The notes: generated by a model not told the origin, from the sequence alone. 64,000 bases of DNA from Octopus bimaculoides (GCF_001194135.2 NC_068994.1:3187135-3251134), one strand, 5' to 3'. Positions 35,773-49,980 are shown, counted from the stretch's first letter. Made by a program: numbers and translations.

Positions 35773-36699
35773 CATTTTGTAGTGTGAGGGACACTTGACT
35801 GCTATTTTTAATTGGTTGCATGTTTTAAGACATAAATGTAGGACACAAAGATAACAAAGTCATATACACCCTGTGGGAATAAAAAAAAAAACAATCATGA
35901 GAAATGCTCTTTATAGGTCTGCCAAATGAATCCTGACCTAGGGCTAAACAACAACATAACCATTTCGAGGAGTCCTTCCTTGACATCCCTTTTGTTTATA
36001 GTTTCCAACAGGGACAGGTCTGTAAATCTCGTCTTCAGGCCTGTTTGATACAATGTAAGTCAAGAGAACTGACAGCTGTACATGATGGTTTGGTCTTGAC
36101 AATCAACTGACCTAAATCGCAGATTAATGATCGGAATGAACTGGGCCAAAGATTGAAAGAAAAATGGTCACCATCTGTTGAATATAGGCTGACAACTGCT
36201 TCAGTGCTGTTAGAAGAGAGGGGAGGGGGGAGATTTGTCTAGAAATCACATCTGAGCAAAACATTATAATGCTGAGTCATCAAAAACATGGAGTAATCTT
36301 GATTTATAGAATGTCTCTTTGTATTTTCACTGCATAAAATTAATGAGCTATTTCATTAACTTTAAAAAAATGTTCACTACTTATCAACGTTTGTGTGTGT
36401 GTGTGTGTTGGTAATAATAATAATAATGTTAGTGAGAAGAAATGAAGGAACTGTAAAAAAAAACCCTTCGGATGGAGAAAGATGAAGGCTGTTCACAGGA
36501 CTCAAACACACATCTGAGAACATGACAGACATTCTACAAGTTTTCTGTTCAAAGGGTCTTTTTTTAACACAATATTTACCATGTTATTATTTATAGCTTC
36601 ATCCACTTCAAGTTAAAAACAGATTATTTCATGTTTCTTGAAGTTTCTAAATTCTTATGACGTAAACAATTAAAAAGAAGTAAAGACCCCTTTCAATTT

Positions 36700-37003
36700 A
36701 AACAGAGGTAAAGACCCCTTTCTGTCATGAATGACCATCGAATTGTACCTAGAAAGTTACCCTCCGAGGCATAAGTTTGGACAAGGTTGTTTTATGGAAA
36801 GCCAGTAGTCACCCATGCATACCAACCTCCCTTCTCCACACCACTGATGTTATCCAAGGGAAAGGCAAAGGGGCCGATACAGCTTGGCACCAGTGACATT
36901 GCAGCTCATTTCTACAGCTGAGTGAACTGGAGCAATGTAAAATAAAGTGTCTTGCTCAAGAACACAACACACAGCCATGTCCAGGAATTGAACTCACTAC
37001 CTT
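36700..37003 (-). mobile_element. SINE family D (tRNA/CORE-like; related head fragment at 5480-5610 on +)
   Basis: gaattgaactc, gtgtcttgctcaagaacacaac and agctgagtgaactggagcaa motifs. Confidence 0.65.
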
Positions 37004-37594
37004 TTAGTACCTGGAACCATTTCACTGTAATCTATCATTCTCAATACTCTCCTGTCCCCAAAATTTTACACTGATCACCACGGCCTCCCCCCCCNNNNNN
37101 NNNNNNNNNNNNNNNNNNNNNNNNNNNNNNNNNNNNNNNNNNNNNNNNNNNNNNNNNNNNNNNNNNNNNNNNNNNNNNNNNNNNNNNNNNNNNNNNNNNN
37201 NNNNNNNNNNNNNNNNNNNNNNNNNNNNNNNNNNNNNNNNNNNNNNNNNNNNNNNNNNNNNNNNNNNNNNNNNNNNNNNNNNNNNNNNNNNNNNNNNNNN
37301 NNNNNNNNNNNNNNNNNNNNNNNNNNNNNNNNNNNNNNNNNNNNNNNNNNNNNNNNNNNNNNNNNNNNNNNNNNNNNNNNNNNNNNNNNNNNNNNNNNNN
37401 NNNNNNNNNNNNNNNNNNNNNNNNNNNNNNNNNNNNNNNNNNNNNNNNNNNNNNNNNNNNNNNNNNNNNNNNNNNNNNNNNNNNNNNNNNNNNNNNNNNN
37501 NNNNNNNNNNNNNNNNNNNNNNNNNNNNNNNNNNNNNNNNNNNNNNNNNNNNNNNNNNNNNNNNNNNNNNNNNNNNNNNNNNNNNNNNNNNNNN

Positions 37595-37645
<51 letters not shown>

Positions 37646-37974
37646 CGTGTGTGTGTAAATGCTTATATATCTAGTTGTGTGTATATGTATATGTGTACTC
37701 CTATATAATGAATACATGCACACACATGAATATGTGTGTGTGTGTGTGTGTATAGTACCCAGTATACTCTGTGATGCGTATGATTAGAGGCAGGACAACC
37801 AGTCAAAATGACATGCAGCAGAGACGGTCTCCAAAAGCACTGACTCCCAGCATGAACTGAATCAGATCATACTGACCTACCAAATATGTGTCAGCAAAGG
37901 AAGCCGATGCAGCATAATGAGCATCACACACACACACACACGTGTTTGTATATATCTTTAATTATGTTTTATAC

Positions 37975-38200
37975 ACTTTTACTCTTTTACTTGTTTCAGT
38001 CATTTGACTGTGGCCATGCTGGAGCACCGCCATTAGTCGAGCAAATCGACCCCAGGACTTATTCTTTGTAAGCCTTGTACTTATTCTATCAGTCTCTTTT
38101 GCCGAACTGCTAAGATACGGAGACGTAAACACACCAGCATCGGTTGTCAAGCGATGTTGGGGGAACAAACACAGACACACAAACACATACATATATATAC

Positions 38201-38233
<33 letters not shown>

Positions 38234-38404
38234 CATATATACATATACACCAGGCTTCTTTCAGTTTCCGTCTACCAAATCCACTCACAAGGCTTTGGTC
38301 GACCCGAGGCTATAGTAGAAGACACTTACCCAAGGTGCCACGCAGTGGGACTGAACCCAGAACCATGTGGTTGATAAGCAAGCTACTTACCACACAGCCA
38401 CTCC
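37975..38404 (-). mobile_element. SINE family B, full length
   Basis: Near-consensus copy. Confidence 0.9.
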
Positions 38405-38789
38405 TATGCCTGAATATATTTAATATATAACTTAGGTTTTGTCCATTATTGGCCAAGGCAATGTATACCTTAATAGTACTGCCTGCAGTAATCTTTTGAG
38501 ACAAGTTTTAGGACACCAGAGCCTACTGGAATAAGAGGTCACTGTTCACCAAAATGTATGTGAGTGTTTGTGGCCTGTCTGGTATTTCTAAGAGGAATTT
38601 GTCCAGGTATCATTTGAATATAATGGGATCTTCTCCTTCTTTGATTTTCTTCTGAGTAATGTTGAGTAAAGCATGACAAGTCAAGGTAAGGAAGTTGTGT
38701 CACAACACTCATATGATGTCACAGTGACTTCTGTAGAAGGTGGGGGGTTGGGGTCAGAGCATATGGTACAGAGGCCTCCTAACCTTAGG

Positions 38790-39300
38790 TGACTTGTCAG
38801 CGACTGGTGAGCCAGATGGCTGTACCAGGCTTCAATCTGATTTGGTAGTTTCTACAGCTGGATGCCCTTCCTAACACCAACCACTCCGAAAGTGTAGTGG
38901 GTGCTTCTACGTGCCACCGTCACAAAGGCCAGTCAGGCGGTACTGGCAACAGCCACACTCAAAATGGTGTATTTTATGTGCTACCTGCACATGAGCCAGT
39001 CCAGCAGCACTGGCAATGATCTCACTCGAATGACTTTTCACGTGCCACCGGCACAAGTGCCAGGAAGGCGACGCTGGTAACGATCATGCTCGAACGGTGG
39101 TGCCATTTCAATTTCATATATATATACAAATAATATGTGAGTATATGCATATATACGTACGTGCCTTGTGCCGGTGGCACGTAAAAGCACCCACTACACT
39201 CTCGGAGTGGTTGGTGTTAGGAAGGGCATCCAGATTGGAGCCTGGTGCAGCCATCTGGTTCGCCAGTCCTCAATCAAATCGTCCAACCCATGCTAGCAAG
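38790..39300. mobile_element. Two family C copies in inverted orientation
   Basis: Minus copy at 38790-39100 and plus copy at 39160-39300. Confidence 0.8.
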
Positions 39301-39335
39301 GATTATGGCAGCATTCACCAACTTAAACAAAATGA

Positions 39336-39537
39336 CCGTCCAGAAGAGTTCCTGGAGATTCCGAAGTCAGCTGGAGGCTGCGGTTGAAGCTAATGGCTAT
39401 TTTATTGAATAAATTTACTCTTTATTATTTCAAGATATTTTTATGTTATTTTGGTAAATATATTTGTTAAAATGAGATGTCAGTGTTATTTTCATTTTTG
39501 TGTAATTTAGACGACAATGTGTTCACTGCACCCTATA
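39336..39537 (+). pseudogene. maT/Tc1-like transposase 3' end fragment
   Basis: Translation VQKSSWRFRSQLEAAVEANGYFIE*, followed by a terminus-like caccctata. Confidence 0.6.
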
Positions 39538-39842
39538 TATATAGGGCATAGAAGAGATCCATATATTCTCAGTATATAAGTCACTTAGTAGTGTTCAAAA
39601 GATTCAAACTTAGACNNNNNNNNNNATATATATAAAGTTCTTTTATTGGCACTTAAATTGAGATTTTGTTTTGCAACAAGTTTTATACTGCTGTAATCTT
39701 CAGCCAACAACAACACACACACTTAATGACAGCAACTCCTTTTGAAAATAAGAGATGGTTCAACTCATCCCACCATGCAACAAGGGCATCAAAAGATGAT
39801 CATCATCGGCATGATGTAACATATGTATATAATATTATACAA

Positions 39843-40758
39843 TACACAGAGTATTGGGGCTAAATTTGAAAATATTTTATATCTCCTTTTTTTCAGGAAA
39901 AGCTTGATGTATTGGTGAGCAGTCAATGGTATTGGAGAGCATAAAGATTAGAGCTGTAGTTGAGTAAAAGACAGATGACATGGAGGACTGGAAGCCATCT
40001 GAATATTGGGAAAGAGTTACCTGTATCAACATGATTCACACTTGATATGAAAGTGCTGATGTCATGACTGAAACTCAATGTTCTATGAACATTGTGAAGG
40101 CTGTAAGATGTGACATGGACAGCTGCAATGAAGACTAAGAAGCTGTGGTCAGAAGGAAGGGGCACAGCAGGTGTTCTGTGTCCACATGGTGGAATTCATC
40201 CTCACATCTTTGAATAGGGCCTTGGGCTCAATTGAGAGGGTTATCTGAAGCTGCTGGAAACAGTCGTCAAACTGTGACAAGAGAACCTTGCTGCTTGAAT
40301 GCCATATGTGTGGCAGTAGGATTCGGTTCCGTGCCATACTTTCAGAAAGAGTCAGAAATGGTTTTTTGGAGAATTTCTACAATTTCACCAGCCCCAATTT
40401 CAAGCTTCTGAATTCTTCCCAATTATAATCCCATGGATTACTTTGTGTGGAGCATGATTCGGAAAGATACCAGCTGCTCTGCCTGTAACACTCAGGCCAA
40501 ACTCGTGGTCAAGATCAAGGAGATGTTTGAAGATCTTCCAAGGGACACAGTGAGGAATGCATGCGCCAGGTTCTGGAGCCATTTTGAAGACATAGCAGAA
40601 GCTGAGGGCAGCTACTTTAAGTAAACTGTTATCAGCCAGCCATAATCTAGTTGATGTTTTTTTAAATTCTTTTTATCATGCTTTTACTTTTAGATGAGAT
40701 ATTGTGTTTTCTTTTCCATTTATGCAAACTGTAAAATTTAGCCCAAACAGCCTGTATA
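39843..40758 (+). pseudogene. Decayed maT (DD37D-like) DNA transposon
   Basis: Translations include YLKLLETVV, PYVWQ*DSVPCH, QKWFLENFYNF and NPMDYFVWSMI...EMFEDLPRDTVRNACARF..EAEGSYFK. Degenerate TIRs contain gggctaaattt / aaatttagccc. Confidence 0.75.
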
Positions 40759-40789
40759 TCATATATATAATATATATAATATATATATA

Positions 40790-41170
40790 TAACTCCCAGC
40801 TAACTCACCCTGTCCAATCCTCTGTATCAATCCACTAACATTAGCCTCCTTCTATGTTAAGGGTAAACTCAGGCACATCCAGACTATTTTCTCTCTCATA
40901 TTCTCTCTGACACCTGTTTCTGTCTTTCTGTCATAGTCTAGCCTGTCATCATCCCCTGCACACGGCCACCCACCCCAATATCACTCCCTCTCTCAGCTGA
41001 GGAGTCTTTGCCTTGTAAGGTATTTGGTGACCTCACCAGTACTGGGTGCCATATAAAGAGACACCCAACACAAAGCTGACAGTAACACTTGGTGCAGTCT
41101 TCTGGCATGGCAGTCCCTAACAAACTGTCCAACCCATGCCAGTGTGCAAAGCGTACGTTAGATGATGATG
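40790..41170 (+). mobile_element. Family C / RTE 3'UTR-like fragment
   Basis: Ends ccaacccatgccagtg..cgttagatgatgatg. Confidence 0.6.
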
Positions 41171-41171
41171 A

Positions 41172-41217
<46 letters not shown>

Positions 41218-41260
41218 TGAAAATATGTATGTATGTATGTATACTACATAAATACATATC

Positions 41261-41291
<31 letters not shown>

Positions 41292-42334
41292 GTATACGTA
41301 CATAAGTACATATACATACACACATAAATATAGTTACTTCTATGATATACATTACATATATATGTTGTATTATATAAAATACATTAAATATATTGTTATA
41401 TATGTAATATATTTCATATATGATATCTGTAATATCATATTCATATATATATATATATATATATATCAATATAAACATATATATAAAATGGATATCATAT
41501 ACATACAGATATCTTATACATGCATGTGTGTGTGTGTGTGTTAAACGTATGTTGAGTCCCTTATTACAAGTGCAACGATGAGTGTTTAAATCTTTCTTTT
41601 TTTCTTTTTTTTTTCATCATTATAGACACATACACATGAGAGCATATAATATCAGATACATAAACACTGCAAATGTAGTGCTGACATATGCATGAAATAT
41701 CTTACATTCACATATACAGTGGTTGTATCAACACATTATACTTACAAACACATACATATACACACACTCACACACATGTATGTATATACGTTTGTCTTGC
41801 ATACAATATATATATATATATATAACATCTGCGGATGTATAATGCCTGAGAACAATTTATAAAGTGATTTAAAGGCCTGTTTCTGTCTAGGTGTGTCGTG
41901 TTACTGTGTGTACACATATCTGTATGTGTATATGTACATGTGTATGTATACATGTGTGTGAGTAACATTAGCATGTGTTTATTGTTGTTGTTGTTTGGCC
42001 TTCGGCCAACAGCTTATCAAAAACGTTCCAGTACTGAAAATGCACTATTATTTCCAGGTTAATATACACACAGGATTATATTATCCCATTATTCTGCATC
42101 TGTCCGTCCTTGTTTAAGGCTGCAGGTTGTGATTTTGATGGGCCTTTAGCTACTATTTCTGTAGATCGCACGACCACATAGGGGACAGACAGTGGTTAGA
42201 CGAAGGGTGTGTGTGATCTGGTGAAGAGTTTAGCTGTAGGGGTACTTTATAGAGGAGCAGAGGAGTGAGAATTTGCAGACAGGACAGGCCACTGGGACTA
42301 TTACAAGCTGGAATTGACGTGTAAACTGATAACA

Positions 42335-42371
<37 letters not shown>

Positions 42372-42778
42372 TTTACACAGACATTAGACGTACATCGTTT
42401 ACATATGTATGTGTAACGCGTAAATATTCGTACATATAAACGTTTTTTAGATCACACACACACACACACACACACAGATTACACATGTATATGTGTATAC
42501 TGATAGCGGGAGACAGCGAGTGGTGGGAGTGAGGGGTGTGCGTCTGACTGTAAGAGGTGGGAGGGGAGGAGCAAGGGTCAGTATGAAGTACACATGACAC
42601 AACATACACACATAAATACACATACATACATACATATACACATACATAACAAAATCGCGCACAGATTGAACTAAAAACAAGAAAAAAACAAATACATTGA
42701 AGATAACAAAACGACTCAGACACACACATATATATATATATGTATGTACACACACACTAATGGAAATATAGATATACA

Positions 42779-42809
<31 letters not shown>

Positions 42810-43424
42810 TTCATAGAGGGAGGCCCAACACTGACACACGCACACACACTCATAAACACAGTGACACATACTCACACTTGCAGTACCACACACTATGACA
42901 CACACATACAGAGCCCCACCACACACACACACACACATCCACAGCACACACATTATACTAAGTGGAAAAGCTTGCTTACCCACACGTCTCTAAAACAGAA
43001 GTGTCCCTGGTGGTTCCCCGCCTCCAACTTGGCACCTTTCACTGACAAGGCCACCCCACCACACTACTCACACAGCACTCCGAGGTCGGCCAGCTTATTC
43101 AGGAGCAATTCTCAGCAAGTCTCCATGTCATCTCCACACACACACTCTCACAGACAGCAGACACACACACACTCACTCACACACTCTCACACATCTCCAC
43201 AGACGGCTGCTGTGTGTCCGTCTTCCATCTCTAAAGTGCTTTGTACGTCTTCTCTGGAGATCTTAAGATAAACCTGGCGGCGGCGGAGACGACGGCGGCG
43301 GCGATGAAGAAGCAGGAGGAGGAGGAGGAGGAGACGGTAGATAGGCAGATAGAGACAGAGTAATAGTTAGAGATAGAGAGAGACAGACAAACAGACAGAG
43401 AAGTAGATAGACATATAGATAGAT

Positions 43425-43680
43425 AGAGACCGTAAAAGAAGGGGGAGGAAGGTGAATAAGAGAAAGTTAGATAATAAAGAGGGGAAGGGAGAGATAGATA
43501 GAAATAGAGACGGTAAAGGAACGGGGAGGAATGTGAAGAAGAGAAAGTTAGATAATAGAGAGATAAAGAGAGGAAGGGAGAGATAGAGAAAGATAGACAC
43601 GTAGAGGTGGTGAGGGGGAGTAGGTATGTGGAGGAGAGGAAGTCAGATAATAGAGAGATAAAGAGGGGAGGGAGAGATCT
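43425..43680 (+). repeat. Three ~85-nt purine-rich tandem units
   Basis: Recurrent aagagaaagttagataata..gaggggaagggagagat. Confidence 0.75.
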
Positions 43681-43695
43681 TTATGGAAGTCGGAG

Positions 43696-43734
<39 letters not shown>

Positions 43735-43779
43735 CACACACATGTACATAAATCGAACCAAAGGAGCCTCTACGTGGTC

Positions 43780-43970
43780 GACCGACCTGTTAGAAACAGC
43801 AGCCAAATCTCCCTCAAATCACCCCTACCCCATTGTCTTAAGCAAGAATGGACATATTAGATAATGTATAGTCCCAATTGCCCTTCCACAAAAAAAAATG
43901 ACGGGATGGTCGTGGTTGGAATAGCTTTGATCATAGACTAACTGGATCGGGGTGACCTGGGGCTAAAAAC
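43780..43970 (+). mobile_element. Short interspersed repeat family H (other copies ~1335-1540, 25060-25232, 29150-29370, 34300-34535 on -, 52620-52800)
   Basis: Shared core gaaa(t/c)agcagccaaatctccctcaaatcacac..gatggtc.tgg.tggaat.cctttgatcata..ctgacctgggg.taaa. Confidence 0.7.
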
Positions 43971-44419
43971 TATACATGTGTGTATATGTGCATGTGTGTA
44001 TGCTATAGAAGAGGAGGAGGAGGAGAGGGATGACTGACAGGTAGATAGATAGATAGATATATAGATAGATAGAGACAAAGTCATAGAGGTGGAGAGAGGG
44101 GATGTAGTATGAGAGAGAGAGAGAGAGAGGAGAGTGAAGGTGTGAGGTATGTACGGTAGAGGTGGAGGCTGCTTGCTCGGCAACAGAGGCAGCAGCAGCG
44201 ATGATGGCCCAGATGAGGTGAAACCGGTGGGGAGGATGGTGGAGAAGTTTGGTGAGCGATTGCTCATGTCTGGGGCAGCAGCAGCAACAACAACAACAAC
44301 AACACTATCATCATCAAATGAAGGCAGACAAACTGAAGCAGTTATACCGTGGATGAGAATAAACATAGAAACACACAAGCTAAGCATTACAAACAAACTA
44401 AAGTCGGGCGTAAATAGAT

Positions 44420-46020
44420 ATTCACCCTCCATCTTTCCTTTCCACCTCCCTCCATTTACTTCTCTCTTCCTGTTTAAAACCTCTAACTACCACCACTATC
44501 TCCCTCTTACACTTTTTTTTATTTCTTCTACTCTCTCTCTCTCTAACGCTTCTCGTTTTTCTTTTTCCCTTTTCCTTTTACTCTCATTCAGACACCTTCT
44601 CTCTATCTTCTATTTTCTTTCTTTTCTACATCTTCCTCTTTCTCACCCTCTTGGTCACAAACACGTACACATACGCACTCTCTCTCTCTTTTCTTCTTTC
44701 TCTTTTCCCTCTTCCTTTTTCTCTCTGTCGTTCAAGCTTCTCGCTTTCTCACTCTCTATTTCCATTCTTTTCTCTGTATTTCTAAATTCACTCTCTGTCA
44801 TACTCTCTACCTTTCTATTTTTCTCCACGGGGTAGTGGTGGGGTTTTATTCCTCTAACCCTTCTGCTCCCTACTTTCGTTTTCTTCATCCTTTCTTTTTG
44901 CCTTCTTTCTCTTACCCTTTTCCTTCTTACTCTCCTTTCTCTTTCCATTTCCGATTTTCCTCTTCCTCCTCCCAATAATTTTTCCTCCTTCTCTTAGTAC
45001 CTCTCTTACTTCTCATTATTTTCCTCTCCTCTCTCCTCTCTCCATCACTACCTCTCTAATTCTCTCCTCCCATTTCCCCCGAAAACGGTTTCCCTTTTAC
45101 ACTTTCTTGCCTTCACCACTTTTCCCCCACTTCCTCCTACTTTCTCTGATTCTCTTCCTCTTCCTCATAATCCCTTTTCCTTATCCTCACTCATCTATCC
45201 TCCTTCCACTCCTCTCTCTCTGTATATATAAGACGTTACCGTCTGCTAACATTACACGCTGTTTGCTTTTCCTCCTCCTACTGTCTATAAGTTCTTTTTT
45301 CACTATTTCTATATCCCTTTCACTACTACTCTCACTCTGACTCCGCCCTCTTGGATTTTGATTCTCTTTACTCTCTTTTCCTTTCTAGCTCATCAGTTGA
45401 CGTGACGTACTTACTCCATTTTTAGCCTCCCACTACTACTCACACATTCCCTACACTCTTTCGCTTTACTTCCTCTTCCTTTTTATCTCCGTCTCTGTCT
45501 TCCTCTTTTCTTCTATAGATCTAACGAGAGAGGAAGAGGATAAGAGAAAAGGAGGGAGATAGATGAGAGGAGAGGTTGCCATAAAGAAATTAAAAGGAGA
45601 GATCGGGAGAGTAAGAGGGTGAGAGAGAGAAAGAGAGACTTATTGTCCTCCTCCCTCCCTGGTTTTTTACTCTTCCTCCTCTTTTTGTCTCCTTTTACTT
45701 TCCCCCTTCTTATTTCGCCACCTTGCATCTTACACGTTTACTCTTTATGTCTTTCCCTCCCTTCTTCACTTCTTCCCTTCACTTTCTCACATAGTTACTA
45801 TCTTTCTCTCTCTACTTAATCCCCACCCTCCTTTCTCTTTCCCTTCTCTATCTCCCTCTCTATCATACTGCTAGCTCTATTCGTCTTCTCCCTCTCCTCT
45901 CTCCCCTATTTTATTCAACCTGCTCCCTCTCTCTTACCCTCTCTGTCACTCCTTTCTCACAACCACTTACTCAATATTCCTCCTACCTCTCTACACTCAC
46001 TCTTTCTCTCTCTCCATGCC
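44420..46020 (+). repeat. Long polypyrimidine (CT-rich) low-complexity tract
   Basis: About 1.6 kb dominated by C/T, apart from a purine island at 45520-45645. Confidence 0.85.
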
Positions 46021-46769
46021 CTACTCTTCCCCCTCTCACACTTTTTATCCCGTTACATTCAATGTCCCCCCCACCATCAACATGTCAGCCACTTCTCTGC
46101 ACATTTACACAATCAGGTCTACCAAAGTACATGCGCACACATACACATATATAAACACACACATTTATATACATACATACATACACACACGGTATCTACC
46201 AACAATCACACGACCCTTCTTCCTCCAACAGGCATGTCTACATTTTCCACACAGATACATGTAACCCTAACCCTAACACACCACTTTCTACCAATTGACA
46301 ATTATACTACTTCCACACACACAGATACATACCTCCCATTAAACTCTCATATTCTACACACACACACACACCTCTTTCTACCTACAAACATGTGTGCATT
46401 CTGTATACATATTTTTCACACACATTTCCACAGCATACATACACATATTTCCACATTTATAAGTATGGGTCTTTAACAATAACACACACACAAACATTTT
46501 CTGGACGTACATACACATACAGCCACCTATCAACCCACACCCTTCACACACATACAGGATCATGCTAGAAGAGTACTGTACATTCACCAAAGATGGTAAA
46601 TTTTCTTTATAATATATTCAGTTCTTGCAGGAATACCATGATATAATCTTCACAATTCGCTTCAATCTAACAATACACATTTAGAAATAAATATAAAGTC
46701 AACTTGAAGATGTATTATGGATAGAAATAGTCTAAAGTTTATGTTTGCATGCATGTGTGTGGTTCTTCT

Positions 46770-46935
46770 CTGTTTTTCATTATTTAAATTCCTCCTTTAA
46801 GGAAAGAGTTGATTTCTAACAAAGACACGAAGCTGCATTGTTGGAATGTAGATAATGAAAACAATGTCGCATTTTAAACTTGAGAAAAGTCTTGCATATT
46901 TTTACTGTTCCACTTATAGATTCTATTTGTGATAT
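46770..46935 (-). pseudogene. RLE-type LINE extreme 3' end
   Basis: Minus translation QIESISGTVKICKTFLKFK is the conserved C-terminus of R4/Dong-like ORFs. It is adjacent to a (TA)n tract. Confidence 0.6.
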
Positions 46936-47569
46936 ATCAATGTATATATATATATAGCAAATAAGAAAATGGGGAGGATACAAAACGACATACATCATCC
47001 AGTAGACATTCCAGTGTGTCTATTTATTCCAAAGCACTATGTTACACACACGTTACAGAAAAGAGCAAAAGATCAGTTCCTTACAGCCGTTTCTGCCAAC
47101 CTCTAACTCTCACAGAAATATACAAGAGTATTATTATAGTAGATTATCTCAGTACCCATGGGAGCTATGAAAAAAATACAAAGCCCAGCAACACATCTGC
47201 TTGAGAATCATGAAAACTGCCATTCATAATAATTTTGTTAGACATAGAGTTTGAAAAATAGTTTTCTGTAGCTGTTCCTATATTTTTCATAATAAAACAT
47301 AATCTTTTACCGGATATTATTAATTGAAGCAGACCTCAAGTGGAATCCTTCTGTAGATGAAGACTAGCTTAGTCCTTCCTGCACCATTCAGGTGAAGCAC
47401 ACAGGATAAGGGGCAAAATGCTAGGAACCTAGAGATAGCAGCTGACATGAAAAGATTTCTAGCATTGCAATAGATTTACAAGAGCTTGCAAAGCCTCTTG
47501 AGTAGCACCTGCAGGTTTTGTGTGGGGCAAAGCATCTCAGCTGTTTATTTCACCTATCAGTAATAGAAA

Positions 47570-47882
47570 CCCAGGCATGTACAAAGCACCATTCGAGCGT
47601 GGTTGATGCCAATGCAGCCTGACTGGTCCCATGCCAGTGGCACATGAAAAGCACCATTCCAGTGTGGTCGATGCTAGTACCACCTGACTGGCCCTTGTGC
47701 CGGTGGCACATAAAAAGCATCCACTACACTCTCGGAGTGGTTGGCGTTAGGAAGGGCATCCAACTGTAGAAACTTTGCCAGATCAGATTGGAGCCTGGTG
47801 CAGCCTTCTGGCTTGCCAGCCCTGTCAAACCGTCCAACCCATGCCAGCATGGAAAGCAGATGTTAAATAACGATGATGATGA
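47570..47882 (+). mobile_element. Family C
   Basis: Ends ccgtccaacccatgccagcatggaaagcagatgttaaataacgatgatgatga. Confidence 0.8.
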
Positions 47883-47959
47883 CAAGGTGCATCAGTTATT
47901 TTATTTCTATGCGAGGTGCATCAGCAAGTTTCTCCTTGATCTCCAGTCTCCCACTGAAT

Positions 47960-48110
47960 TCAAAAACATTCAGAATACCCGATAAATAGGTAATAACAGC
48001 CAAATGAACTTCCTATCACACACTACAGTCTTATAAAAATGAAGAGCACATCTTCGATCCTCTGTATCTGAAAAGAAGACAGAATGATCATGGCTGCAAC
48101 TACACATCTT
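47960..48110 (+). pseudogene. Possible hAT dimerization-domain remnant
   Basis: Fragmentary FRI..VITAK*TSY..RAHLRSSVSE resembles LTLPVTTAS.ERSFS..KT.LRSSMSE. Confidence 0.3.
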
Positions 48111-49761
48111 GATCAACAGCGCTAGGGGGCACTGAGGGAAGTGGGGTGCCACAGGAATGGTAAATGATTTATAACAAAAAAGAAATCATTTAAAACTTGT
48201 TAAAATAATATTCAAAATGGTTTATCTGATTGGAAATATAATTTTGAAGTGTTCATGGTATGTCAGAGTGTGGATCTGATCAAAGACTTTGCAATTAAAA
48301 AACATTTCAAATATAAATGAAATAAAAGTATACAAAAATGAACATTATTTTCTATCTTACTCTTAGTTTTGTTTCATTATGAAAAATATAAATTCATATT
48401 ATGGTTTATTATTGTTTATATTTTGAATAACATAAATATTGGGGGGGAGGGGTACCAAAATCTTTCAAGTGCCTAGGGCCTCAATCCAGCCCTGTTGATC
48501 AAGGTTGAGTTGGGGTAAATAATAACAAATCCAGAATGATGTAGTTTGACAGCAAACACGACCAGCTGTAACAATGAAACCAAAGAGCTGAACAAGAGAT
48601 TTATTTGCAACAATCAGTTGAAGATCAATACAAGTTTTACATCAAACAGTTTTCTGTTTCTCTTTACATTTACTTCCAATGTTTATAGATTTAGTTGTCT
48701 TAATCATTTTTAAATTTTATTTTATTCTTCATTTATTTAGGTTTTTTTTTCCAGTTTGATTTTTTTAAAATTCATTCTCTTTAGCGATGATGTTCTGTTG
48801 ATACTTTTTCTCACTCTTTTATTTATTCACCTCAGACTTTTACAGATTCTGACATTAAATGTTTTAAAAAAATTATTTTACATATTCTTACCTTTCCCTC
48901 CCTTGAGGTCTACCTGTCGTTAAGAGAAGACCTCATCAAAAAAGGAAGGAAATGGAGAAAGAATTAACAGGTGTTATTGCCAGGATAAATGACACTGAGT
49001 GAATCCAAATACTCAGTCTTCAGACAACACAGCAGTGCTAAGAAAATCTTTAAAAAAAAAAAATTAATTCCATTTACAGTGAAGATCTGTGATGAGGCAG
49101 GACTAAAAACAACGGTTTATATAGTTATATCATTACAAGCCAGTCCCATGGTGGGATACCAACTGTTTGCTTGTGCTTTTGTTTAGCCAGGGTGATGGAC
49201 TAACTCAGGGGAAAGTTTCTACAACAACTCAGCTTCATCTCACTAACAGACACCAGAGAGATGAAATCTGTAACAGCAGCTGCTGCCAGTAAGGATTGAA
49301 CCAGCAGTACTAGAGTTCAAAAAAAAAGCCTTTCAAACTAAACCTACATTAACATTTGTAGGTTGAGGAGTGTGGAGATTTACAGTTTATAACAATATAC
49401 ACAATCTGAATGTGTGTGTGTGTGTGTGTGTGTTAAGATATGATTGGTTGTTAGAATAATAGAGACAATAAAATGAGTAAAAGGACTCAATACTAGTTAA
49501 TAGAGTCAATGCAATTTATTACTATCTTTGTTGGTGAAAGATCTATGATCCGTTTTCATCCTTTGATAGGGAACCAACTCACTGGGACAGATCAGAAGTC
49601 TGTCAACAAAGATAATGATACACAATACACAATATATATATATTTACACACACTCAAACACACATAGAGAGAAAGAAAGAAAGACAGAGACAGACAAACA
49701 TTAAAATCTATTGGTAATGTATGTGTGTCTATTTCTATATCATTATAGAAAGATGTATTTA

Positions 49762-49980
49762 ACCCGGCTGAAACCGGCTCTGGCTCTGAGTACAAATGTC
49801 TTGTTTTCATAAGTTTTGAATGAAAATGAGGTGACGCATCCACCAAACCTTAGTCACAATTTATGTTCCTAACACTAGCTGAATGATAACTAAGTTATTT
49901 TACTAAATTCTTTGTTATATTTAAAATTAATTGAAAGAAACACAGAGCATCTCAACAGAAATACGGTAACGAAAGGGTTA
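49762..49980 (-). mobile_element. piggyBac-like MITE (family F)
   Basis: Ends cggtaacgaaagggTTAA. Homologous to 28513-28700. Confidence 0.55.

Noticed and set aside
43938-44835. ORFs 43938-44432 (-) and 44149-44835 (+) as protein-coding genes
   Set aside because: Both run into GA/CT low-complexity sequence and show no recognisable domain. A UTR or promoter reading is more parsimonious.
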